A DNA stretch of 20,000 bases from an uncultured Gemmatimonadota bacterium (lineage in GTDB: Bacteria; GCA-2686955), in the NCBI GenBank assembly GCA_964490075.1, contig CAZBBK010000019.1:53729-73728 (forward strand). Reading direction: 5' to 3'. The notes under the pieces were generated by a model, which did not search any database, had not been told where the DNA came from, and saw only the letters and a program-made list of their open reading frames with translations. Each line of letters begins with the position of its first letter. Position 1 is the first letter of the stretch. The position numbers were made by a program, and so were the translations under genes. Shown here piece after piece: positions 1 to 8,742 of this stretch.

Positions 1-1
1 G

Positions 2-322
2 GCATTGGCCACCGCCATCGCCTACAACCTCAATCTGGTGCTGTGCTGGAAGTTGCTCGGGCGAAAGCTGCGCGACCTTGGCGTGGATTCCTGGTCACAT
101 TGGCCGCTGCGGGAGCTCGGGCTGGGAGGAGCCTGCGCGCTGCTGGTGGGCGTTGTCTATCGGCTCGCCGACTTGCCACGCGAGCTGATCTGGGAGGCAC
201 CGGCGCTGATCGCCGCCTTCACATTTACCTACGGGCTCCTGGGCCTGTTGCTCTGGCGCTCCGGCAACGAGCAGATGCGATTGCTCATGAAGAAGATCGG
301 CTCGTCGAGGGGGACGAGCTGA
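2..322 (+). CDS. C-terminal fragment of a MurJ/MviN-like or polysaccharide flippase (MOP superfamily), 5' truncated by the window edge
   Basis: The frame is open from the window edge. It begins ALATAIAYNLNLVL, resembling the MurJ GLALATS motif, followed by 2-3 hydrophobic helices and a basic tail. It stops 1 nt before a glycosyltransferase. Confidence 0.6.
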   Translation, partial: ALATAIAYNLNLVLCWKLLGRKLRDLGVDSWSHWPLRELGLGGACALLVGVVYRLADLPRELIWEAPALIAAFTFTYGLLGLLLWRSGNEQMRLLMKKIGSSRGTS

Positions 323-323
323 T

Positions 324-1589
324 ATGAAGGATGCGCTTCGCCGCGCGAAATCCGCCCTGCGTGCGCCCGTCGCTCTGCGCCGGACCAGCGCCGAGATCGC
401 CGCCTCGAGGCAAGAGAAGGGCCCACCTCTGGTCCTCGAGCTGGTTCCTTTCGATCTCCGTCCTCCCCGTGGTCCGCGCAGCTACATCGCGTTCTACCGC
501 TCGATGCTCGTCGAGCGCGCGGATCGCATCGAGATCAGTTGGCGCCACGGCACTCTCGCGGCGGCCGCGCTCCTCAGCCTGCCGAGTCATGGCCTGAGGC
601 TGCTCCGCGTGGAGTGGTCCGCTGCCTACGCAGCGCTGTTGCGCTCGGTCCTGGTGACGCTGAGGGGTCTTGCCTATCTGCCGCGGGCGCAGGTGGTCGT
701 GGCACACGGCCCCTACCTGGCGGCACTGCTGGTGGCCTGGTCGAGACGCAGGCGGAATCCTCCGCGCTTGGTGTACCTCAAGCACGGCACCGGATTGGCC
801 ACCGAGGAGATGCTGCGCAACCATCAATGCACGAGGAAAGGGTGGGTGACCCGCGCTTTGCTCGAGCTGGAGCTCTACGCGATGCGGGGAGTCGAGCGCG
901 TGGGGGTCGTGAGCCAGGCCGTCGCGCTCGATCTCGAGGCTCTGCGGCCCGCGACCGGAGCTCGAATCGGTGTGCTCCCGCCCGGCTGCGAACCGACTCG
1001 CTCCGATGTTCCGCAGGGCGCCGCGACGCGGGCGCGTCTGGGTCTTCCGGCCTCGGCAACCCTCATCGTCTCCGTGGGGACACTGGTTCCCGACAAGGGG
1101 TTCCATTACCTCCTGGCGGCGCTCGCGCGCTTGCGGGATCTGGACTGGTGTCTGTGCGTCGTGGGCAAGGGTCCGGAGCTCGGCGCCTTGAGGAAGCTCG
1201 CCCGGCAGCTCGGTCTCGAGGAGCGCGTGCACTGGCTGGGTCGACGCGATTCGGCCATCCCCTACCTGGCGGCCGCCGATCTCGTCGTCCACCCCAGCCT
1301 GCGCGAGTCCTTCGGCATCGCGGTCATGGAGGCCATGTCGCTGAGCAAGGCGATCGTCGCCACGCGCACCGGCGGGATCCCCGAAGTGGTCGGCGATGCG
1401 GGGCTGCTCGTCGAGCCCGCCGCGCCCGAAGCCCTGGCGGACGCCATTCGCCGTCTGCTCCAGGAGCCGGATCTGCGGAGCGAGCTCGCACGGCGCGCCG
1501 CAGAGGAGATCGCCCGACGCTACTCTCCTGGCGCACTACGCGGCGCCTACTTCGAGGCCCTCGGGCTCCAGGAGTCCGCGACCGACTAG
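324..1589 (+). CDS. Glycosyltransferase family 4 (GT-B fold), 421 aa
   Basis: Typical Glycos_transf_1 C-terminal half: VGTLVPDKG, VVGKGPE, ADLVVHPSLRESFGIAVMEAM (EX7E motif), TRTGGIPEVV. Confidence 0.93.
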   Translation: MKDALRRAKSALRAPVALRRTSAEIAASRQEKGPPLVLELVPFDLRPPRGPRSYIAFYRSMLVERADRIEISWRHGTLAAAALLSLPSHGLRLLRVEWSAAYAALLRSVLVTLRGLAYLPRAQVVVAHGPYLAALLVAWSRRRRNPPRLVYLKHGTGLATEEMLRNHQCTRKGWVTRALLELELYAMRGVERVGVVSQAVALDLEALRPATGARIGVLPPGCEPTRSDVPQGAATRARLGLPASATLIVSVGTLVPDKGFHYLLAALARLRDLDWCLCVVGKGPELGALRKLARQLGLEERVHWLGRRDSAIPYLAAADLVVHPSLRESFGIAVMEAMSLSKAIVATRTGGIPEVVGDAGLLVEPAAPEALADAIRRLLQEPDLRSELARRAAEEIARRYSPGALRGAYFEALGLQESATD

Positions 1590-1621
1590 CCCCGTCGGTC
1601 TACGAAACCACTAAAGTAGAA

Positions 1622-4366
1622 CTAGCGATCCTGCGCGGATCCAAAGAGCACGTTCAACGTCCTGGCCGCCAGATCGAAGGAGGCATCGAGCGCCTGCGCC
1701 GCGCCCTGGACGCGCAGCTGCTCGCGGACGACTCGCGTCATCTCCAGCGCCATGTCGGTGTCGGCGATGGTGCTCTCCGCCGCGCTGAGATTCTCCACGG
1801 CGAAGCGCGCGTCGGCCAGCAAGGGCTCTAGCTCGTTCGACTGGAAGGTGCCGAGCGCGCTCCTGCCGCGGCTGAGCTGGTCGATGGCGGCGTCAGCCAC
1901 CCGAATGGCGTCGGCGGCGCCGCCCGGCTCCCTCAAATCGATGTTGGCAACAGAAGCGAAAGAGGTGTCCTCGAGGCCGGTCCCGAGAACCGACGCGGCA
2001 TAGCTGTCGACCCACATCGACGTGTACTCCCCGGCGTCCGGACCGGTCTGCAGCCGCAGCGGATCGCCGCTGACACGCAGAGTTCCCCACAGAGCCTCCC
2101 CGACGAAATCGAGCCCAAAGGTGAGCGTGACCCGTCCTCCGTCGCGCGTCGTCACAGTCTCTGGCTCGCCGGCCAAGAAGTGTTGCACCGGCCCGCCTCC
2201 GAGCACCAGGTCGAACTCCGTGGCGCTCACGGTGAATGCGAGGGTCCCGGCGTCGAGACCGGTCGTTCCGTGTCCGATGTTCAGCGCCGCCCCCTCGAGG
2301 CCCTTGAGGATGAGATCGCCGCCCGTGTGCCGAAGATCGTCGAGGATATTCATCGCTCCTTGAAAATCGACGTGAGCATCCGTCCCGGCGTCGCTCTCGG
2401 TGCTGTCGTCGAAGCTCACGACCGCGTCCGCCGTGCCGACGATATCGATCGTGGCGGCGCTCCCTTCGTCGGTGGTCGACACCATCAGCCGCGAGCCGGT
2501 CGTGGACACCGTCAGCTCGCCAGCCAGAGGGAGGGCGGTGTCCACGGCTGCTTGTGCGGCCACCGCCAAAGCGGCGATGTTGGCGTACGAGCCGGCGGCG
2601 ATATTGACGGTCTGGAGCGCGCCGCCATCGAGGGTGATGTCGAGGTTTCTCTGATCGTAGTAGACGCCCGTGCCGGTGAGGAAGCTCCCCGACTGGATGC
2701 CGAATAGTGTCGCGCCCGCGGCGGTCTGGGCGCGAAGCTCGAGTTGGGAGACCGTGACCAGGGTGTCGTCGATCACGGTGGCGCTCAGGATCCCTCCCGC
2801 GGCGCTGAATTCCAGCTTGCCTGCCAGCGCCGGGCTTGCCGCCACCTCCACGTTCAGGGCCGTCGCGATGGAGTCGACATCGTTGTATTCGGCCGCTGCG
2901 ATCGTCAGGCTCTGAGTCGCTCCGCCGTCGATGCGTAGATCGAGGGAACGGTCCGAGGCGCTGGCTCCGCTCGCCACCTCCCACCCGCTCTCGTCGAAGC
3001 CGAACGCGGCGCTGCCGGTTCCGGTGAGGGCGCGGGCCTCGATCGTCGCCAGTCCCGAGCCCTCGAGCTGGAGGCGGTTGCCGGTGTGGTCGAAGCTGAC
3101 GTTGCCCGCCAGCACCGGGTTCGCCGCGATCTGCGAGTTCAGCTCCGTGACCAGGGAATCGATGGTCGCGTAGGTCGCCGCATCGACCGTGAGGGTCTCG
3201 GTGCTGCCACCGTCGAGGCGGATGTCGAGGCTGCGATCGTTGTCGTTGAAGCCGGTATCGGACTGGGCCGCGACGGTGTCGAATCCGAAGTTCGATTGAG
3301 CCTGGGCGTTGACCGATCGCACCTCGACGAGGTTGGAGTCGCTACCGGTGACGACGATCTTCCCCGCCTGGCTGCCGATGCTCACCTGGCCGGCGAGCGC
3401 GCTCGCGGCGACCTGGGTGGAGAGCTCGGCGACCAGGGCATCGAGGTCGGTGTAGTCCTGGGCGCTCACCTCCAGGGTGACCGGGCCGCCGCCGTCCACC
3501 TCCACCTCCAGGGAGCGGTCGGCCGCCGGCATCAGCGAGTAATCGCCCGGGTTGGCCGCGCTCGAGCCGATGACGCGCGGGCCCTTGAAGTCTCCGGGGC
3601 TGGCCAGGCCGCTCGCCTCGAGGACCACCTCCGACCAGTCGCCGGGCGTCGCCTGGGAGGCCCCCGCGACCGAGGCCAGACTCAAGTCGAGCGTGGCGTC
3701 GCTCTGGCCGCTCACCTGGGACGGGGCGGAGCCCTGCGTCACACGCAGCCAGTAGTCCCCCGCCTCCACGTTCTTCACCCCGCTCTGCTGGACGAAGCCC
3801 AGGGACTCCGATTCCAGCAGGTATTCGGCGGGGTAGATGCGATGAACATCCAGCCGGTGGTCGCCGAGAGTGAGGCGCGCGTTGCGGATGGAGCGGATCC
3901 GCAGCCCCTCTCCGTTCAGTACCCGAACACGGGATCCCGCCGACCCGTCCAGGAGCGCCCCATGGTGGGCGATGCTCTCGCCGACGATTCCGTCGATGCC
4001 TTCGACGCGGGATTGCAGATCCGCCTGTAGGGCGCGTCGATCCCGGGTCGAGAGGGTCGCATCGTTGCCAGATGCGACCGCCAGCACCCGGATCGCCTGG
4101 ACGTGGTCATGAATCTCGCCCAAGCTGCCCTCCAGCTGCCGGACCAGGGCGAGTGCGTTGGTGGTGTTCTCGATCGACTGGGTCGTGGCCGCGATGTGCC
4201 TCTGAAAGCGCCGCGAGAGAACCAACTTGGCGCCGCCATCCCGGCCGAGCTCCACGGCGCGACCCGAGGCGACGTGGCGACGCGACTCGGCCAGGCGCCG
4301 GCCCGACGCTTGCAGCGTACGCATCGCCCTCTGGGCGGTCGGATTGTGGTGCAGTCGTTGCAGCAC
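1622..4366 (-). CDS. Large, divergent flagellin-family protein (~914 aa) with an expanded, repetitive central region
   Basis: The N-terminus aligns by eye to Flagellin_N (LHHNPTAQRAMRTL...VASG...EGSLGEIHDHVQAIRVLAVASGND...R.ALQ...LLDGS). The C-terminus matches Flagellin_C (AIDQLSRGRSALGTFQ...ENLSAAESTIADTDMALEM). The start is moved from 4468 to the GTG at 4366, where flagellin homology begins. Confidence 0.88.
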   Translation of the reverse strand: MLQRLHHNPTAQRAMRTLQASGRRLAESRRHVASGRAVELGRDGGAKLVLSRRFQRHIAATTQSIENTTNALALVRQLEGSLGEIHDHVQAIRVLAVASGNDATLSTRDRRALQADLQSRVEGIDGIVGESIAHHGALLDGSAGSRVRVLNGEGLRIRSIRNARLTLGDHRLDVHRIYPAEYLLESESLGFVQQSGVKNVEAGDYWLRVTQGSAPSQVSGQSDATLDLSLASVAGASQATPGDWSEVVLEASGLASPGDFKGPRVIGSSAANPGDYSLMPAADRSLEVEVDGGGPVTLEVSAQDYTDLDALVAELSTQVAASALAGQVSIGSQAGKIVVTGSDSNLVEVRSVNAQAQSNFGFDTVAAQSDTGFNDNDRSLDIRLDGGSTETLTVDAATYATIDSLVTELNSQIAANPVLAGNVSFDHTGNRLQLEGSGLATIEARALTGTGSAAFGFDESGWEVASGASASDRSLDLRIDGGATQSLTIAAAEYNDVDSIATALNVEVAASPALAGKLEFSAAGGILSATVIDDTLVTVSQLELRAQTAAGATLFGIQSGSFLTGTGVYYDQRNLDITLDGGALQTVNIAAGSYANIAALAVAAQAAVDTALPLAGELTVSTTGSRLMVSTTDEGSAATIDIVGTADAVVSFDDSTESDAGTDAHVDFQGAMNILDDLRHTGGDLILKGLEGAALNIGHGTTGLDAGTLAFTVSATEFDLVLGGGPVQHFLAGEPETVTTRDGGRVTLTFGLDFVGEALWGTLRVSGDPLRLQTGPDAGEYTSMWVDSYAASVLGTGLEDTSFASVANIDLREPGGAADAIRVADAAIDQLSRGRSALGTFQSNELEPLLADARFAVENLSAAESTIADTDMALEMTRVVREQLRVQGAAQALDASFDLAARTLNVLFGSAQDR
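2380..3520 (-). repeat. Four tandem ~94-100 aa protein repeats inside the flagellin
   Basis: Units begin at 3520, 3238, 2953 and 2653: DRSLEVEVDGG / DRSLDIRLDGG / DRSLDLRIDGG / QRNLDITLDGG. Each continues T(L/V)x(V/I)xAxxY...(L/I)...LAGx(V/L). The lower boundary is approximate. Confidence 0.9.
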
Positions 4367-4387
4367 GGCTGGTTCGGCACGGCGTCG

Positions 4388-4404
4388 AGCACGACCCGCG
4401 CCAA
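4388..4404 (-). promoter_or_regulatory. Candidate sigma-54 (-24/-12) promoter of the flagellin-like gene
   Basis: Minus strand TTGGCGCGGGTCGTGCT has correct GG-N10-GC spacing against the consensus YTGGCACGNNNNTTGCW. Confidence 0.55.
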
Positions 4405-4450
4405 GCGGGCCGGCCGAGGCCGTTCTCCTACCCACCGATCGCACGTCCGC

Positions 4451-4485
4451 TGTGCAATGCTTGCGCACTGTGCAAGAAGTGGGCA
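4451..4485. promoter_or_regulatory. Tandem dyads, candidate enhancer (UAS) for the flagellin promoter
   Basis: TGTGCAA-tgc-TTGCGCA (4451-4467) followed by TGTGCAA-gaa-GTGGGCA (4469-4485), about 80-100 bp upstream of the predicted transcription start. Confidence 0.5.
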
Positions 4486-4495
4486 GGCCCGCGGC

Positions 4496-7400
4496 CTAGG
4501 CGCTGCGTGATCGGGGGCGCGCCACCAGCCAGCGGCCGAGTAGCTCGGCCAGGCGCGGGCGATCGATCGGCTTGGCCAGGTAGTCGTCCATCCCGGCCGC
4601 CAGACAGAGCTCCCGGTCGCCTTCCATCGCGTTGGCGGTCAGCGCCACGACCGGCAGCGCGCGGCCTTGCTCGATGCCGCGCAGCCGACCCGTTGCCTGG
4701 AAGCCGTCCATCTCCGGCATCTGGCAGTCCATGAAGACGATGTCGAAGGGCGTTTTCTCGACCACCCGCAGCGCCTGGGCGCCGCTGGCTGCGCACCAGA
4801 CCTCGCAGCCGAGACTCTGCAGCATGCGCTCGGCGACCCGGAGGTTGATCAGGTTGTCGTCGACCACCAGAACCCGGGCACCGGTCCAGGGCGCGGGCAG
4901 CTCTTCCGTCGCTCCCTCCTCCCGCTCCGGCGCCGGCGCCGCGCTCGCGGCGGGCTGCATCAACGCCAGCAGGCGGCTCGGGACGACCGGCTTGCTGAGC
5001 ACGTGGCAGGGTTCCAGGTCGGCGCCGACCGTCTCTCCGAGATCGAGCATGATCACCAGCTCGGCACGTCGTCCCAGGGCATCGCTGCGCAGCTTCGCCA
5101 CGGTCGATGCCAGGCCCGACACTCCCTCTCTCTTGGCGACGAAGATCCAGTCGCAGTCCAGCCCCGCCTCCAGGGCCGCGGTCGCCGACGCCGCGGTCTC
5201 CACCTCCGCGCCGAGCTGTCCGATCTGCTCCGCCAGCAGCGCCCGCAGCGCATCGTTCGGGTCGACGACCAGCACCCGGGTCGCGGGCAGCAGAGGCGCG
5301 GCCGCCCGAACCGGACCGCCGCCGACCTGGACATCGAATCGGAAGCGGCTGCCCCGACCCGCTTTGCTCCTAACCTCGATGCTTCCCCCCATGCGCTCCA
5401 CCAGCCGACGGCAGATCGTCAGCCCGAGCCCGGTGCCGCCGTAGCGCCGGGTGAAGGAGCTATCCTCCTGGCGGAAGGGCTCGAAGATCATCCGCTGGGC
5501 CTCTTCGTCGATCCCGATGCCGGAGTCCTCGACCTCGACCTCGAGCTCGACGCCGCGCTTTGCGCCGCTCAGCGAACGGGCCCGCACCCGCACGATCACC
5601 TGCCCGGAATCGGTGAACTTGATCGCGTTGCCGATCAGATTGGCCAAAATCTGTCGCAGTCGATGCGGATCACCGATCAAGGATGCCGGCAGCCAGGGAT
5701 CGATCACGCAGCCGATCTCCAGTCCCTTCTCGGCCGCCCGCGGCGCCATCAGCGAGACCACCGACGACACCATTTCCGCACAGTCGAAGTCGGTCTCTTC
5801 GATGACGCTCCCGCCGGCCTCGATCTTGGAAAGATCGAGCACGTCGTTGATCAACGAGAGCAGGGCCGATCCCGAATCCTGGATCAGCTCGGTGCAGTGT
5901 CGCTGATCATCGCTCAGCTCGGAGTCCAGCAGCAGCTCGGCCATCCCCAGCACGCCGTTCATGGGGGTGCGGATTTCGTGACTCATGGTGGCCAGGAAGG
6001 CCGACTTGGCGGCGGTCGCCTGCCTGGCGTCGATCACCGCGTGCTGCAACGCCTCGTTGGTCTGCTCCAAGTGCTGCTCCCGCTCCAGCAGCGCCTGGGT
6101 GCGGTCGCGGACCTTCTCCTCCAACACGCGATTGGCACCTTCCACGCGGCGCATCTTGCGGCGCGCGACGCGCACGATCACCAGAATCGACAGAATCGTC
6201 GCCAGCAATCGAAACCACCAGGTCTCCCAGTAGGGCGCCTTGACCACCAGCCGCACGCTGGCCGGCATCGCCGAAGCGACATCATCGGCGTTCAGCGCGT
6301 CCACCAAGAAAGCGTACTTGCCGGGTGGCAGGTTCGAGTAGGTGACGCTGTTCTCTTCGGTCGGCGCCAGCCAGTCCGATTCGAATCCGGCCAGCTTGAA
6401 GCGATAGCGCACTTTCTCGGGGGAGCTCATCGAGATGCCGATGAAGTCGAAGGTCACGTGGTTCTGGTCGTGGCTCAGCACCAGCTCTCGCGCCGGCTCC
6501 ATCGGCTCGTAGTCGACACGGATTCCTGTAAAGTGGATCTTCGGTGGGATCGGATTGGCGCGGTCGGCGGCGGCGTTGTAGCGAAATGCGCCACAGATGG
6601 TGCCGAACCAGAGATCGCCCGCGGAGTCCTCCAGGGTGGCATGGACATTGGTCTCGATGCCGGCGAAGCCGTCCTCACGCCCGAAGTGCGTGAACTCCCC
6701 GGGGCTGCTTTCGTAGCGATAGAGACCGTTGTTGGTGCCGATCATGACCCGGTCGTCGGCACCGATCGCCAGCAGATAGACCAGCTCGTGCGCCACCCGC
6801 GAGTCGCCGACCACGTTGGTGAAGCTACCGTCGGCGAAGCGGTAGACCCCGCCGTCGTCGGTGGCGATCCAGATCCGACCCCGGCTGTCCTCGTCGATGC
6901 CGTTCAGAGAAAGATGACGCAACCCCTCCGCCTCGGCATGGAAGACGAAGCAGGCACGGTCCCCCGGCGAGCTGGCGGCCATCAGCTCGCCCAGCCCAAG
7001 GTCGGAAGTCGCCAGCCAGACGCCGCCGCGACTGTCACGGAAGACCTCGTAGACCGACGTGTCGAAGGCGCCCTCCATCAGACGATACGACTCGATCGCG
7101 CCCTTGCCGGTGCCGCTCTCGGAAGCCGCGTAGGGCGGCGTGTAGCGGGCGGCGCCGCCCTCGTAGAAGCCGATCCACAGATCGTCGCCCTCGCCGGGGG
7201 CGATGGCGAGTAGCTGATCCCCGGGCAACCCGTCCTCTTCGGTCACCACGAAGGTCGACTCGTCGGCGGGATCGAAGCGCACCAGGCCCTGGCCGTCGGT
7301 CGCCAGCCAGAGCATTCCGTCGGCGTCGATGTGGATGTCGCGAATGCTGTTGCCGGGCAGTCCGGTGTCGGTCGAGTAGACCCGGGTCTCGGCACCGGCG

Positions 7401-8599
7401 CCGCTCATCCCGGACGGCGTGTAGCGCACCAGACCGGCCTGGGTGCCGAACCAGAAGCGGCCCTCGGCATCTTCGGCGATCGACCAGATGGCGCTCAGCT
7501 TGGGATTCGGAGTGTGCAAATAGGCGGTGAAGGGGCTGCCACGGTGCATCGACACCCCTTGACCGTCGGTGCCGAACCACAGGTTGCCCTCACGGTCCTC
7601 CATCGCCGCCACCACGTCGTCGGCTCCGAGCCCATCCAGCAGGGTGTAGGCGACCGGATCGCCCACCACCTCGCCCTCCAGGTCGGGACGAAAGCGGATC
7701 ACCCCGCCGCCCAGGGTGGAAACCCAGATCTCCTGTTCGCTGCCGCGCACCACCGGAGTGATGGCGTAGACCGGCCGATCGGAGAGCCCCTGCTCCACGC
7801 CGAAAGGACCGCGCCAGTCGCCGGCCGAGCTCTGGCCCTCCGGACGGGCGTAGATCGTGCCGTCGATGCCGCCGATCCACAGCGTGCCCCAGGGGTCGGC
7901 CGCCACCGCGATCACCGGCAGGTCGGGCGAGACCGCCTCGAAGCAGCCCCCCGGCGGCGCCCCCGCCTCGGTCGTCGCGCTCAGCTCGAGCGCGTAGAGC
8001 CCGCCGCGGGTGCCGGCCCAGAGCCTGTCGTCGTGCACCAGGAGCGTGAACACCATGTCGCCGGCGAGGCCCGGGTCGTCGACCGGCACCAGCCCCCTCG
8101 CGGGATCGAAGCGCTGCAGCCCGGCGCCGACCGTCGCCACCCAGAGCCGCCCCCAACGATCCTCCGCCAGATCGAGGATCTCGGCGCCGAAGCTCCCTTC
8201 CGGCTGGGGATGGGCCTGCCAGCCTTCGCCGTCGAACATCGACAACCCGCCGGTCGGATGACCGAACCAGAGGCGCCCCCGGCGATCGACCAGCGCCGCC
8301 GAGATGCGATTGCTGTAGAGCCCGTCGTCGATGGTGTGGGTGCGGAATCGACGGCCATCGAAGCGGCTCAGCCCGTACTCGGTGCCGAGCCAGACATAGC
8401 CCTCACGATCCTGCACCATGGCGCGGATCTGCGACTGGCTGAGCCCGTCGCCGACCCCATAGGTGCGGAAGATCGCCTGGCGGCCATCGGCGCGCGGCGC
8501 CAGCAGTCCCGCAAGGAGCCAGAGCATCGAGCGGCGTTTCGATCGACGGAGCAGCGCGGAGTCCTCCCTCGGAGTGGTCGGTGTCCCTGCTTCGACCAT
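4496..8599 (-). CDS. Hybrid sensor histidine kinase: periplasmic Reg_prop beta-propellers, Y_Y_Y, TM, HisKA, HATPase, degenerate REC, REC
   Basis: Many D..G.LW.GT..GL blades; Y_Y_Y ([12 protein letters not shown]...YSNLPPGKY); TM after PYWETWWF; H-box [16 protein letters not shown]-box [23 protein letters not shown]; terminal [17 protein letters not shown]. The start is uncertain (TTG 8617, ATG 8599 or ATG 8527). Confidence 0.95.
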   Translation of the reverse strand: MVEAGTPTTPREDSALLRRSKRRSMLWLLAGLLAPRADGRQAIFRTYGVGDGLSQSQIRAMVQDREGYVWLGTEYGLSRFDGRRFRTHTIDDGLYSNRISAALVDRRGRLWFGHPTGGLSMFDGEGWQAHPQPEGSFGAEILDLAEDRWGRLWVATVGAGLQRFDPARGLVPVDDPGLAGDMVFTLLVHDDRLWAGTRGGLYALELSATTEAGAPPGGCFEAVSPDLPVIAVAADPWGTLWIGGIDGTIYARPEGQSSAGDWRGPFGVEQGLSDRPVYAITPVVRGSEQEIWVSTLGGGVIRFRPDLEGEVVGDPVAYTLLDGLGADDVVAAMEDREGNLWFGTDGQGVSMHRGSPFTAYLHTPNPKLSAIWSIAEDAEGRFWFGTQAGLVRYTPSGMSGAGAETRVYSTDTGLPGNSIRDIHIDADGMLWLATDGQGLVRFDPADESTFVVTEEDGLPGDQLLAIAPGEGDDLWIGFYEGGAARYTPPYAASESGTGKGAIESYRLMEGAFDTSVYEVFRDSRGGVWLATSDLGLGELMAASSPGDRACFVFHAEAEGLRHLSLNGIDEDSRGRIWIATDDGGVYRFADGSFTNVVGDSRVAHELVYLLAIGADDRVMIGTNNGLYRYESSPGEFTHFGREDGFAGIETNVHATLEDSAGDLWFGTICGAFRYNAAADRANPIPPKIHFTGIRVDYEPMEPARELVLSHDQNHVTFDFIGISMSSPEKVRYRFKLAGFESDWLAPTEENSVTYSNLPPGKYAFLVDALNADDVASAMPASVRLVVKAPYWETWWFRLLATILSILVIVRVARRKMRRVEGANRVLEEKVRDRTQALLEREQHLEQTNEALQHAVIDARQATAAKSAFLATMSHEIRTPMNGVLGMAELLLDSELSDDQRHCTELIQDSGSALLSLINDVLDLSKIEAGGSVIEETDFDCAEMVSSVVSLMAPRAAEKGLEIGCVIDPWLPASLIGDPHRLRQILANLIGNAIKFTDSGQVIVRVRARSLSGAKRGVELEVEVEDSGIGIDEEAQRMIFEPFRQEDSSFTRRYGGTGLGLTICRRLVERMGGSIEVRSKAGRGSRFRFDVQVGGGPVRAAAPLLPATRVLVVDPNDALRALLAEQIGQLGAEVETAASATAALEAGLDCDWIFVAKREGVSGLASTVAKLRSDALGRRAELVIMLDLGETVGADLEPCHVLSKPVVPSRLLALMQPAASAAPAPEREEGATEELPAPWTGARVLVVDDNLINLRVAERMLQSLGCEVWCAASGAQALRVVEKTPFDIVFMDCQMPEMDGFQATGRLRGIEQGRALPVVALTANAMEGDRELCLAAGMDDYLAKPIDRPRLAELLGRWLVARPRSRSA

Positions 8600-8657
8600 C
8601 GGATGCGCCGCCGGCAAGGCTCAACGCTGTGCTGCTTTGTAACATCCGTCCTCCACG

Positions 8658-8691
8658 AAAAGGGCCGCCGCCGGGGTGTCCGGCGACGGCC
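8658..8691 (-). terminator. Probable rho-independent terminator after the 595-aa secreted protein gene
   Basis: Minus strand GGCCGTCGCCGG-acacc-CCGGCGGCGGCC forms a 12-bp stem with one G-U pair. It is followed by CTTTT and lies about 50 nt past the stop at 8743. Confidence 0.7.
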
Positions 8692-8742
8692 TGTTCGGGG
8701 GCTGCACGAAGGGGGGGGGGCGTACAGCCCGTGTCCGACGCG

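Noticed and set aside
4667-7213. 848-aa plus-strand ORF (also 7331-8749)
   Set aside because: Antisense shadow of the histidine kinase. Stop codons are scarce in high-GC DNA and the translation has no recognisable motifs.
8711-8720. G10 homopolymer as a phase-variation tract
   Set aside because: It lies between a stop codon and its terminator, outside any coding region or evident promoter, so slippage has no clear effect.
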